From Wallemia ichthyophaga EXF-994 (lineage: Eukaryota > Fungi > Basidiomycota): a stretch of 124,000 nt of DNA. Shown piece after piece: positions 75,035 to 88,249 of this stretch. The stretch lies in the NCBI RefSeq assembly GCF_000400465.1, contig NW_008806282.1, forward strand, positions 144,001 to 268,000. Reading direction: 5' to 3'. Numbering within the stretch: position 1 is the first letter of the stretch; each line of letters starts with the position of its first letter. The position numbers and the translations under genes are program-made. A model generated the notes under the pieces. The model was not told the origin of the DNA. It searched no databases and worked only from the letters and a program-made list of their open reading frames with translations.

Positions 75035-76139
75035 TCAATCAAAAACGACTGTCTTGTGTCCTGAGAGAAGCACTCTATGTTCAGAAACCCATTTAACAGC
75101 TCTTGCGAGTACAATAGACTCAACATTCGATCCTACGTGCGAGAGTGATTTTGGATTGAGTGTGTGGTCGACTCTCTCGACACCCTGTTCGATTATTGGA
75201 CCTTCGTCGAGGTCTGATGTGACAAAGTGTGCTGTTGCACCGATAAGCTTCACACCTCTATCGTAAGCCTGGTGGTATGGTCTGTGTTGGGTTGAAAGTG
75301 TAAGCAGTGCTCACCGGCGCACTAAACTCAATTACTCACTTTGCACCCTTGAATGAAGGAAGGAACGAGTGATGAATGTTTATAATACGTCCACTCATCT
75401 CCTTACATAGTTTTGGCGATAGGACTTGCATGTAACGGGCTAAAACAATGTAATCAATCTTGTGTTCTTTTACGAGTTTCAGGAGCTCCTCTTCCTGCTG
75501 CTCCTTCGTATCGCGATTGACTGGCAAGTGCAAGAAAGGGATCTCGTAGCTCTTGGCCAGTGATTGGTAGGTAGGATGATTACTGACGATCAGCGGTATC
75601 TCAATTGGGATTTGATCTGCTGAGGCTCTGAAGAGTAAATCGTTGAGACAGTGACCAATCTTTGAAACCATAACCATAACCTTTGGCTTGTTTGATGCTA
75701 CATGCATATGCCATTCAAGACCAATGTTTTCAGCGAGTTTACCGAATTCTCGTCTCAGAGGCGCTATATCCAAACCATTTTGAGCTTGGGCAGTGATTCT
75801 CATGAAAAAGCGATTAGAAGTTGGATCCAAGAACTGATCGGAGGAGAGAATGTTGTGGTGGTTGTTGTACAGAAACTCGGAAACATTCTTGACAACGCCG
75901 AGCTGATCTTGACAGCTCAGAGTGAGTACTATTGAGTTCTCTGGCTGTGAAACCTTGGGACTGAGTAATCCTTTTACTTTTCCCTGGTTAATTAGTGTAT
76001 CCGTTTCCGGGGTGAACCTTGGGACGGTCGTGGACAGATATCTGGATGGAGTAGACAGTGCTATTGGGGCGAGTGAGGGTGATCTTCTTATACATGATCT
76101 CGCCACGCTTCTCGTGAGCGTTGTTGCTGGTAATCTCAT
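75035..76139 (-). CDS. Formyltetrahydrofolate deformylase (PurU) with mitochondrial presequence
   Basis: [12 protein letters not shown] (ACT), [37 protein letters not shown]|[25 protein letters not shown]. Confidence 0.95.
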
Positions 76140-76744
76140 GGCGTTGATGAAAATGAAGAGAGAAGACATCATTTTGTTGTGTCGGTGTGGAAAATTTCGC
76201 GGAATTGAGGAGCGTGTGAGAGTTTGCGTGAGTATTAGAGAGGTATTAGGATGCTTCTGCTGCTACTACTTCCGCTGCTCCGATAGATGGAATATATGTC
76301 AAGTCCTCGGAAAGCATTGGATGGAAAAAGCACTAAATCAGCCGGTAGACGATCATTATCGGGGTGCATCTGAGTAATTCAATAAACAAATATCAAACTT
76401 CCGAGCTTCTGATGTAGCTCCAGGTACAACAATCCTAGCAATCCCAGCAATCCAAACAAGCTTACAAGGGTTAAAAAGCATAAAAAGCACAAAATTATGA
76501 GATGATATGAGGCTTGTAAGTGATGCCTGTTAAATCACCTCAAATATCCCCATGTTAGACGATCTTCTCCGGCGGTAAACAACAAAGCAAAAGGCAGCCA
76601 TACAAATACAATACAATCAGCGCAGCCATCGCCCAAACCGACAATACAAAACACAAAATACGCAGATCTGACTCCGCCAAATTGTGACTCGACCGACCCA
76701 ACCAATCAGTGCTCGCCTGTCTTCTTCAAACTTCGACAACGAAA

Positions 76745-78659
76745 ATGTGTGGAATATTTGGAGTATGCGGGTTAGAAAACCCAGGAGAATACAGAAGCAA
76801 GTGCATTGAATGCGTAAAAGCAATTAGACATCGTGGACCTGATTGGTCTGGTGTTCATCAGGGCAAAGACTTTATCGTCGCACACGAGAGGTGAGAGGTG
76901 GGAGCAGCGTTAGGTCCAATCCCCTCACACGCCCTAGACTTGCCATCGTTGGCGTCGACACAGGCGCTCAGCCTATCGTCAGCGAAGACGAGAAGATTAT
77001 TCTTGCAGTGAATGGAGAAATCTACAACCACAAGCAATTGAGACATGGTTTAAAGGATAAGAACGCTGTGTTCAAGACTCACTCAGATTGTGAAGTTATC
77101 ATTCATTTGGTGGGTTTTTGGTCCTTTGGTGGCTTCACCTGGATTCTTACATTCCCTAGTACCGCGAACACGGCCCACAGGCAGCTGGTCTTCTCGATGG
77201 AATGTTCAGCTGGACGTTGTTCGACACCAACTACCCACAAACCAGGGTTATCGCCGCTAGAGACCCAATTGGTATCACCACTCTCTACCAAGGCTGGAAC
77301 TCCTCAAAGCCAGGCGCTGTTTATTTCGCATCTGAATTAAAATCATTGCACACGGAATGTGACAAGATTATTTCATTCCCACCTGGTCACTTTTACGACT
77401 CACTTACAGGTAATACTGAGCGTTACTACAACCCACCATGGTGGAACGGTGACCAAGAAGACGCTTCAGCCCCAACAAAGCCAGTTGACTTGACTGTGTT
77501 GAGAGAAAGCTTGGAGGCTGCCGTCCGTAAGCGTCTGATGAGTGAAGTTCCATACGGTGTTCTTCTCTCAGGTGGTTTGGATTCCTCTCTTATTGCTGCC
77601 ATCGCTGCTAGAGAGACTGAAAAGGTGCAAAAAGCTCAATACGAAGCTCGTAAGTTACGCACTGAAGGTAGCGCTTCACCAGCCAAGTACCCAGAGCAGG
77701 ATGAAGATCGTACTTTAGCGGCATGGCCAACCCTTCACTCATTCTCTGTTGGTTTGCCAGGATCCCCTGATTTACTTGCTGCTCGCAAAGCTGCTGCTTT
77801 CTTGGGCACGACACACCACGAATTTACTTTCACTGTTCAAGATGGTATTGATGCGCTCAAAGATGTCATTTATCACCTTGAAACGTACGATGTAACAACA
77901 GTGAGAGCATCAACACCAATGTACCTGATGTCTAGGAAGATCAAGGCTATTGGTGGGTGAAGATTAGTGTGGTGCCAAACAAACTAACCAGGTCTCATAG
78001 GTGTCAAGATGGTTCTCTCTGGAGAGGGATCAGATGAAATTTTCGGTGGTTACCTTTACTTCCATGCTGCACCATCTAGAGAGGCGTTCCATCAAGAATT
78101 GGTCAAGCGTATCAAGAACCTTCACACTGCAGACTGCTTGCGTGCTAACAAATCTACCATGGCATGGGGTTTGGAGGCTAGAGTGCCGTTCCTCGATCAG
78201 AGTTTCCTCAACGAAGCCATGTCGGTCGACCCACAAGAAAAGATGTTCAGCAAAGACACAATGAAGAACCTCGACGCGGAAGGTAGATCGAGAATGGAGA
78301 AGTACATAATCCGTAAGGCATTCGATATTGAAGTTGGAGGTAAGCCATACCTCCCAGAATCAATTTTATGGCGTCAAAAGGAGCAATTTAGTGATGGTGT
78401 TGGATATTCATGGATCGACGGAATCAAAGATTTCACAGCTGAGCAAGTGTCTGACCAAGACTTTGCTAAGCGTTCGGAGCGTTTCCCACATGACACACCA
78501 GACACTAAAGAGGCATACTGGATCAGAGAGACATTTGAAAGCTTGTTCCCATCGAAGACGGCAGCGGAGACGGCAGTAAGATGGATTCCAAAGGGGGAGT
78601 GGGGATGTTCGGCAGACCCAAGTGGTCGTAGTGTTGCCATCCACGAAAAGGCATATTAA
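76745..78659 (+). CDS. ASN1: Glutamine-dependent asparagine synthetase
   Basis: [71 protein letters not shown]. Confidence 0.97.
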
Positions 78660-78799
78660 GTGGGTGTTAGACGATAAGGGTGAAAATTTTAAAAGAAAAG
78701 AAAAACAATGTTGTTTATGTTATTATTAGTACATGATTTCGTAGCTGAATTGTGTTTACTTTAATAAAGTGATTACGTGAATGTCGTTACTTTGAGGGT

Positions 78800-79172
78800 G
78801 TTTTCACAAGGAGGCGGAAGATGCCGGCGGAGATCATGCCTGGGAGGGGAGTGAGTGTATAGGACTGGGGCAGTACAAGCACTCACCAATACCAAATACG
78901 GCTAAACCAGTACCTCTTAAGCCGCCTTTACCGGCAACGCCTCTCCCGAGACCTTGAACAGTTGCGTTTCCTTCGACACCTTTGCCAGTGCCAGACAATC
79001 TATCGAAAGCGCCGTGTTTCTTCGCTTCATAGAGAGAAAAAGCACCTGCGCCAGTGAAGACAGCTGCACCGGTTACTCGGCACTGGAGGCAGTCGCGGTC
79101 GTAGCCTTGGTTGTGTGGAAGTGCAGAAGGTGCTTGTGCTCGTGGGTTTCCGAAAGGACCAGCGCCATCCAT
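78800..79172 (-). CDS. Small DUF4536/DMAC1-like membrane protein
   Basis: DCLQCRVTGAAVFTGAGAFSLYEA motif and Gly-rich second TM; 3' end after an intron is approximate. Confidence 0.65.
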
Positions 79173-79385
79173 TTTCAAATTTAAATTAGATGATGGTTTG
79201 GGATAAAGAATATAAATACTCTGATTGATCGTGTGATTTCATTTCTTTTGATCAACTGAGTCTGTGGCAAGTGTGACAGGGCGAACCGAGCTATGAATGC
79301 AGATAACGAATAAATGTATTTATCTTTTATTTTCATTGGTACTGTATATGCAATCTGAGCTCTGTACTCTGTACTCTGTGCTCTC

Positions 79386-80895
79386 ATGCCTCTCCAGCAA
79401 ACACCGCGGCTTCTAAGCATATGGACGAGTAGACTGCCAAACACAGCCAAATCAAACACCAACGGCTCTCTCAGCGGCCTCTCTATGGCTGTGAAGGATG
79501 TCTTCTGGACTACTGAGCTCCCAACAACCGCTGCGTCTAAGATGCTCCGTGATTTCCACCCAGAAGAAGACGCTGAGTGCGTCAGTTTGGCTAGAGCTGC
79601 TGGCGCTTGCTTGATCGGCAAGACCAATTGCGATGAGTTCGGCATGGGTTCCTCTAACAGATTCTCTCACTTTGGTCCTGTTCTACACCCCCTCTCTTCC
79701 GATAGACTCGCTGGTGGCTCCTCTGGCGGTTCTGCCGCTGCTGTTGCTCTCAACCAATCCTCTTTCGCCCTCTCAACGGACACTGGTGGCTCCACACGCT
79801 TGCCCGCCTCTTATTGCGGAGTTGTCGGCCTCAAACCCTCGTACGGTCTTATTTCGCGTTATGGCTTGATCCCCTATGCGGAATCACTCGATTGCGTTGG
79901 AATAATGGCTAAAAGCGTGCATACTGTAAACAGGGTGTTTGGTCCGTCGCTAATTCGTCTCCCGCTCCATCTGATACACTATAGATGTCCTATCGCAGTA
80001 TGACGAAAAGGATCCCACTTCTGAATCGACTGAGCTGCGCAAAAGCGCTCGCGAGGCTGCTCAAAGTGTCAGGCAGAGCACCGATACCTGGAGGATCGGC
80101 CTGCCCGAGGTGTGTGGATTGACATACACGGAAATGAGTATAATCTCACCACTGAAAGTAGGAATTGTTCACCAGCAAGCCATCAGATGCCCTGTCTGAG
80201 GTGCTCGATACCCTAATAAGGAAGGGTGCGACTGATGGCAAGCGTGTCGAGCTGTACCAGGTCTCTCTCCCGACAACCACGCTCGCTCTGAACGCCTACT
80301 ATGTTATTGCAAGTGCCGAGGCATCCAGCTCGCTTGCGAGGTATGACGGTATGCGATATGGTGAGCGCTCCTCTCCACATCTCTGCTCCATACAACGCAA
80401 CTCACATTCAATCTAGGGTACAGGAGCGAAAGTGGTTCGATACACGACACTCGCGAGGAGGGCTTTGGCGAAGAAGTCAAGCGACGCATCACATTAGGCA
80501 ATTTGGTCCTCTCTGCTGACTCCTTGGACAACTACTACCTCAATGCACAGCGCGCACGGACGGAGATTGTAAACGACTTTAATGGTCTGTTTAGGATGCC
80601 CAATGCACGCACTGCAACAGATGCTGTCCCAGACGGGATAGATGTCCTCATACATCCTACCGCTGTCTCGGGACCACCTCTCGTCGACTCACACGACGCT
80701 GCAGATTACGCCCAAGACCTCCTCACCACTCCGGCAAGCTTGGCTGGCTTGCCCGCCCTCAATGTCCCGATCGGTGTTGACAGCCAAGGCTTCCCGCAGG
80801 GTGTGTCGGTTGTCGGTCAGTGGGGCTGTGAGCAGTGTGTGTTTGGGGTAGCTAAGGAACTGGAGACTGCGAATGCTAGTGTTGGTGGTGTATAG
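79386..80895 (+). CDS. HER2: Mitochondrial Glu-tRNA(Gln) amidotransferase subunit A (amidase signature)
   Basis: [69 protein letters not shown]. Confidence 0.92.
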
Positions 80896-80988
80896 AATGT
80901 CGTTGTATTGTTACACATAGAGATAAGTTATTAGCGTGATTCGAGCGAGTATCGAGTAGAGTGTCTCGGGTGGTATGAGCAAGTGTAA

Positions 80989-81502
80989 CTACTTCCTGCT
81001 ACGCATGAGACTGCCAACCAAGATGGCACCCAGCGCTACCGCCCCGCCGCTGATAGCTAGCCCAATGTATCCCTCTGCAGACAGTCAGCCACACCACACC
81101 TCACGCTCGTCCAAACCCACCTTTAGCCCACGCCTTATCGATAATCTGCCCCAGCGAGCGCGCTTGCAAATTATTAGGCTCCTTCTCAAGCAGGACGTCG
81201 TTCAACCTCTTCGCATCCGCGTAGTTGCTCACTTTGTAATTTCCTAGAGCGAGGTAATAGAGGCACTCACGTCTCCTCTCCGCCTCCTGCTTGTAGATTT
81301 CGCTGAGCAGCGCAACCCCCTCCGTCACCTCCTCCCGCTCCTTCGACTTGACAAGTCCCCACGCTAGGTTGAATTTCGTTTGCACTGACGTATGCCCGGC
81401 TTGCTCCTCTTTGTCGTACTGTATTCGAAGCACCTGTAGCTCACTCCTGCTCAGCGGCGTATTCACATCCACGGCGAATGGCAATTCAGCTGATGATGAC
81501 AT
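80989..81502 (-). CDS. FIS1: Mitochondrial fission protein Fis1
   Basis: [35 protein letters not shown]; C-terminal TM exon [27 protein letters not shown]. Confidence 0.95.
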
Positions 81503-82599
81503 TGTGGTGTGTGTTCAAGAGTGCTTTGCGTTTGTATTGCTGTACACGATCATGCAGTATATCAAAAATCATACTGTATCAATCCATCAATGCATACAAA
81601 GCTCATTTACTTCTTATTTAGATAGTCATAATAAATGCTCAGCGATGAGTACGTCATAGCACCCTAATGACTGCAACTTGAGCAATATTGCTATCGTTCT
81701 GTAGCGACTACGTTTTCGAAGAGTTGAAAGGTTTTCATATCTTGACTAGACTTGTTTAGCACTCTGTAAAGGTTAAACTAGTTTCCGCATATCTCAGGGA
81801 GAGCAATTTGTAATACAAAAGTATACATGGCTGATATCCTGACATCTGAGATTTCAACGAATCTTTGATCACCCTTTCATCCCCATTACTTTTTTTCGAA
81901 ATTCACTGATCAGAAGCTAAAACCCCCGGATTTTGGAGTTTTGATGACCCCCACTTTTATGTACCTTTATCTCTGCTTGAAAGTGTGAATTAAGGCAGCA
82001 TAGCAATCTCTTTCACTGGTCCCAGGTTTGATAACTGTGGACATCACGCAACCTACCATTTTTTCGCGATTATTGAGCCGAACAATTGAGATTTGTAGGT
82101 ACTTGCGCCTCTGCAAGTCAAAATAATTTGTTTTCATCAATGAAGCGCGTGAACTCCTCCGCATCTATCCTATGGTGTGCTCTAGAGCGATTTTGGACCA
82201 TTGCTTCCGATCGGCGTGCAGGGCGCAACTTGGCGCCGGAGATCTTATTCTGGCATAATCATATTCGATTTATCCAGAGCTACCTACAAAGCTTTTTCGT
82301 TTGGAGATCATCATAACTTAAAAACACCACCTGAAAGAAGATAGGTGGTGAAGGAGAAATTCCGAGTTGGCGGGTATTGAGCGGATGGCTGATAAGGGAA
82401 TAATTTTGGAATGCTAAAAGTGCTACTTAAACGTATACTGTAAATTTCCAAATAACATACACCAGCACACTTCCAAACCACTCTACTAATTCAACTAGTC
82501 CTGAGGTCATCCATCATTGACGTAGGGATGATGAAACTCAGCAGCTAAAAATCATAATGCAATACCACGTCTATTCTTTGTTACAATGCAAAATATAAA

Positions 82600-84313
82600 C
82601 TACCCAGCTTGACCAGCGAACTTCTTATCGTGACCTTTTTTGCGCTGAGCATTGCCCTGTTTCTCCTTGTTCTGGCGCTGACGATTATTGCCACTATGAC
82701 CAGCACCTTGCGTTGGAGCTCTACCTCTTCCGCCAGCACCACCACCTGCACCACCTCGACTAGCGCCTCTACCTCTTGAACCGCCTCTGGAATGCCTAGA
82801 CCTACCTTCCTGCACAGGTACATCTAAATTATTGTTTACGATATCCTTCTCCTGCGACAATCTTTGAATCTTGCGTGGATTCCTCATCACCTGCGAATAC
82901 CAGCCTTCTATTTGACTATCGTCGAGTCCACTAGCTTGACGCAGGCCTTCGCGCTCCTTCCCTCTGCGGGTGACGGAGGATTTGTCGAACACAGCGGCGT
83001 TTTCCTGGAAGGCCTTCTCCAAAATGCTGTAATCAACTTGTGGCGTAGCTGTGTCTGTCGATGCGCTACTAGCACTTGCCATCGGTCTGCTCCTGACAGC
83101 TAAAGCCATCTCTTCTTCATCTTCCAGTTGGTCTTCAGCTTCGGCTTCTATCTCCTCGATCTGCGCCTCTTCCGCCCTGCGCACGACGGATGCTTTGAGC
83201 TCCTCGCGCGCTGCATCGTCCATCGTGAGACCGAAGTTCCTGTGACGAATTGTTAGTTGAATTGATAGCAGACAGGATAAACGCCACCTACTTGGCTTTA
83301 CCGATGCGCAGTCTGCTGAAGTCAAGCTCATCCGCCTCGTCCGTGTCCCTAGGCTGTTCGACAGGCTCGTCCTGCGGGATGTGCACGGTACCCTCAAGCA
83401 ACGCCTCTACGAGAGCCTCTGGAGCGGCGTACTGCGGTAAGGTGAGCGCCTTCTCGACGAAAGATGGACTCTGGTCTGGGAAGATGTCCAACACGACATC
83501 GATGCGAGGGTCTCTGGTTGGTCTGGGTGGGAGATCTGGCACTGGTGGTGTTATTTCAGCCCCACTTGCACTCTTGCTAGGCAGATCTACATCCACATCC
83601 ATGACATCCAGCACGAGCAATTCTAATCTTTGACCGACGATCTGCAGATCGAAATTAGTAAGAGGGATAAGCAGCGTACTACTCTCAGTAGTTGTTTCGA
83701 AATCTGACATCATTGATGCATTCTTCAAAGGCCTGTCACTTAGCTCCGGTGGTGGTGTTCTGTCGAGTATGAAATTGAAGGCTTCTGATATCAGCGTTGC
83801 TGTGTTTGAATCATGCAAAGACTGTTGAAGCATGTTGTAGAGAATATCCATTACAACCAGCTTGTCTCCTCGCTCCAATTTGAGATAGATTCCATTGAGG
83901 TATCTGAACAAGACAAAGGCTGAATTCGCGAGAATGGCAGGGAAATTGATCGAGAAGCAGTGCAGCATATCTAACACTCTACCAAAGCGTCTGGCGGGAT
84001 TAGGCGTGAGGAGAATGTCGATATATTGCGTCAGTTCGAATGTCGTGTAGTGTGTAGATTGCGCAAGATGCTTCAAAGCTGTTACGTTGGTGCGGTGATA
84101 TGTACCAGCGAGGCATACGAGAGATTTTAGCGTCAGTCCCTTGCACCGTGCTTGCCGCTCAGCCAGCGTCAACACCACCGGCCGCACACTCGCATGCTCC
84201 GACTGGTCCTGGCAGGCGAACCAATCAAAGAGATCTTCCGCAGATCGATCACTAAGAGCCCTATTAGACTTGAGAATTTCGTTCAATTTTATATCGATTT
84301 TCCCCGCAGACAT
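82600..84313 (-). CDS. CUE-domain protein, Cue3/ASCC2-like (ribosome quality control)
   Basis: CUE domain IDVVLDIFPDQSPSFVEKAL; EQIEGW-like DDSQIEGWYSQV; RG-rich tail ending NAQRKKGHDKKF. Confidence 0.75.
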
Positions 84314-84342
84314 TGGTTGTTGAGCAACAACGACGTCGAGGA

Positions 84343-85460
84343 GATGCAGGACGAGGCAAATGATTTGAGATGCAACAGCCTGCGATGCCGCAAGATGCTG
84401 ATAGAAGAAGGCAAAGCGGGTGGGTGGCTGTGTACCTCAAGCGCATCTCCAATAAGCACAAACAGTGACAACGACATGCTCGCGTGAGATGCTCAGCGTG
84501 GCTCACAAGAAGCGCTCATAAAGTACATCAGACATTTTCTGCATCGATTGCGCCACAGATCTTTTCGAAGATAGCCAGACGTGTCCTGCGTGCCATACTA
84601 ATCTCGCCGAGCGCGATGATATCATTGTTTGGTCGCGCTTTGTTCTCGCATCTCGGCTGATAGAATACAGCTCAGCTCGCTTGAACCCTCTGAGGAATAC
84701 AAGAGCAGCTGCTTAGCCGGACTGTCCCCACAGCTTATCATGGATATCGCTGGACGCGCTTTTAGGTTCTGGCAGTATCAGCATTCTGAGGAGGCTGGCT
84801 TCCAGGCAATGCTGCTCAGGGATGTACAGGAGAAATTGGCAGTGGTTGAAAATAAACACCAAGGCCAAGCGAGGGAATGTGAGGGTTTTCGCTTTGGTAG
84901 TTTATGTACTGACGCAACGAGCTAGTCAGCAGCCAAGTTTCAGGTGAGCTGATAAGCTGATCGTCACCTATGGCCAGCTCTAAAAACACCGGAAAGCGCT
85001 TCAGATGCAAGTCAGCAATGTCACTTTAGAACTCCACGGCGAGCGGCGCAGAGTTCAGGCGCTTATCAAATCCCACCAAGAACAAGAAAATGAAATAAAG
85101 AGAGTCAAGAGCAGCGTAATAGCAAATAGACGCAACAGCCTAACTGAGAGAGGCACTAGATCGACAATGCACATCCCACAGCAGGAGCGACTGGAACGAC
85201 TGGAAACACCGCCTCACACTGCACAATACGCTCCTCCAACTCCAAGTAGAATAGCGACTGCGAATATATACGCTATGCAGAATGCCTCACATAGTAACGG
85301 TTATAACGTTTACAACGGCTATGAAAGGACCTCCGCCGCGTTCGGTTTCAACAGAGGTGGTCCGTTCGAAGCAGTAAACAAGTCACCCGTGAAGCGTATC
85401 AGTACTTCATCCCCAATCAAGACTCATGCCTTATCGCGCAAAACCTATCTACATAGGTAA
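84343..85460 (+). CDS. HEI10: Meiotic RING E3 ligase HEI10/CCNB1IP1
   Basis: DLRCNSLRCRK, CSHIFCIDCA, CPAC, L.PSEEYKSSCLAGLSPQLIMDIAGRAFRFWQYQ, then coiled coil. Confidence 0.88.
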
Positions 85461-85506
85461 GGAAAAACGAAACAAAACATGAATAAATGGAAATACACAA
85501 ACAACT

Positions 85507-87836
85507 TTACCAGTCCATTTTCTTTGCTGTGGATTTCGGTGGGTTGAAAGTTCTCCCAGCGTATTCTTGACCATCTAACCAGGGCCAGGTGTCCGATCTA
85601 CGCTTTTCAAACTGAACAATATCACTTTCTTTCTGTAATGTTAATCCGATATCATCTAAACCATTAAGAAGACAGTGTCGACGGAAGTCATCGACGTCGA
85701 ATGATAATTCTTGGCCGTTGTGTCTTCTCACCACCTTCCTCTCGAGGTCGACCTCTACCTCTTTCATAGCCTTTGCATCGTTAGAGAGGTTGATAACATC
85801 TTGCTGTGGTAATATAACTGGTAACATGCCGTTCTTGAAAGTGTTGTTAAAGAAAATATCAGCAAAGGATGTCGAAATGATACATTTGATGCCTTGGTCC
85901 AATAGAGCCCATGGAGCGTGTTCTCTAGACGAGCCACAGCCAAAGTTACCACCGACGTTGACAAGAATATTTGCCTTGTTCCATGGCTCGTTGTTGAGGA
86001 CAAAGTTTGGATCAGGTTCACCTGTTTGTTGGTTGTATCTCATCCCGTAGAACGCAGCACTACCTAAGCCGGTACGCTTGATAGTCTTTAAGAATTGCTT
86101 TGGTATAATCATATCCGTGTCAATGTTTGGCAAGTCCAACGCAGCTGCGATGCCCGACAACTTGATAAATTTACTCATTCCAGCTGGTGATGACTTTCTG
86201 TTGGTTTGTTGAACAGCTGAAGGTGGACCATCAGTTTCCGGTGGACCAGTTGGAACAGCCTTTGGAATTTTAATGGTGGATTGATTTGAAGTGTAATCCT
86301 TAGGGTCTAAAATTTTCAATGCAGGCTCGTCAGTCGAAGTAGCTGATGGTAATGATGAGCTTAATGTTCTGACATCGGTGAGTTTACCGGTGATTGCAGC
86401 AGCAGCAGCCATAGCAGGAGAACACAAGTGAGTTCTACCACCTGCACCTTGTCTACCTTCAAAGTTTCTGTTGGAAGTAGAAGCGCATCTCTCTTGTGGA
86501 GCCAGTTGATCGGGGTTCATTCCCAAACACATCGAGCAACCAGCTTCTCTCCAGTCGAAACCAGCTGCTATCAAGATTCTATCGATACCTTCAGCTTCAG
86601 CTTGTCTTTTGACGTTTCCAGAACCTGGTACAATCATTGCAAGTTTAACATTGTTTGAAACTTTTCTACCTCTTGCAATTGCAGCAGTGGCTCTTAAATC
86701 CTCGATACGTGAGTTTGTGCATGAACCGATGAAAACTTTGTCGACAGAGATATCAGTCATTTGTATACCAGGTTCTAAGCCCATGTAATCTAATGAGCGT
86801 TGACAACCTTGTCTCTTTGGACCTTCAGGAAGAGACATAGGATCAGGTACCTTTTCAGTAATTGGGACGACATCTTGTGGGGAAGTACCCCAGGAAACGG
86901 TTGGAGCGATATCGCTAGAATCAATATTGACCTCAATATCATAGGATGATTCAGGATCTGAGTTGAGAGTTTGCCAGTATTTGATAGCTTTATCCCACTC
87001 ATCACCTTTTGGAGCAAGTGGTCTAGACATAAGGTAATCGTAAGTAACTTGATCAGGAGCAATCATACCAGCTCTTGCACCACCCTCGATGGCCATGTTA
87101 CAAATGGACATTCTCGCTTCCATTGAAAGAGAGCGGATGGTAGAACCGCAGAACTCAATGACGCAACCAGTACCACCGGCAGTACCAATGATACCAATGA
87201 CATGTAAGACTAAATCTTTCGAAGTAACGCCCTCGCCTAGAGGGCCTTCGACGGATATTTTCATGTTTTTAGATTTTGAGGAGAGGATTGTTTGAGTTGC
87301 GAGAACATGTTCGACTTCGGAGGTACCGATACCGAAAGCAAGGGCACCGAAGGCACCATGAGTTGAAGTGTGAGAGTCACCACAAACAACGGTAGTACCA
87401 GGAAGAGTAAAGCCCTGTTCAGGACCAATGATATGAACAATACCTTGTCTTGAATCGTCCATACCAAAGTACGTCAAGCCAAACTCTTTGATATTGTCTT
87501 CAAGAGTAGAACATTGAGTACGTGAATCTTGTTCAGTGATAAAAGAGGAAATTGATTTGAAGTTGTTCCTTGTTGAAGTAGGTATATTGTGATCGACAGT
87601 GGCAAGAGTACAGTCAGGTCTTCTAACTTTTCTGCCTGCATTTCTTAACCCTTCAAAGGCTTGAGGGGAAGTAACTTCATGGACCAAATGACGATCAATG
87701 AAGATGATGTTTGTGCCATTATCTTGGTTAACGATGTGATCGTCGAATACCTGTAACATTTGTGTTAGTTGTAATGAATATTTAATAAATAACATACCTT
87801 TTCATATAAAGTGCGTGGTTTTGTGCTATTTACCAT
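85507..87836 (-). CDS. LEU1: 3-isopropylmalate dehydratase (fused large + small subunit)
   Basis: [79 protein letters not shown]. Confidence 0.98.
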
Positions 87837-88249
87837 GATTGTTGTGAGCAAGAAGAGGCGGCCATTCAACCAATCAGGAATAGTCAGTTTGAAATACAAA
87901 TAAAGATAAGTGAATATCGATTAAACTCATCCATATCAGTTTGATAGTGTTTATTTAGTTCTTCCGATTAGTTTATCGGATTTCGGCCTATGCGATTACA
88001 AGTCCGATTTACAGATAAGTTTGAAGGCACTCAACTAGTTACAAAAATAAAAACACTTAAAACTATTGAAATGCTGAATCTATTAAGCAATAGATTAAAA
88101 TTGAGGAATCTACTCAAATGTTTACAAGGGTTTAACATAAGACACGTATTTTAGATAATATACGCAATACTCACTGAAATTACTTGGTTCGTTAAAAATT
88201 TACACATACAATTATCAATTTGATAGAAATCCTTTTCAGGTAAACAGCA

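Noticed and set aside
78681-78690. TGAAAATTTT (RRPE-like motif)
   Set aside because: It lies just after the ASN stop between convergent genes, not upstream of a ribosome-biogenesis gene.
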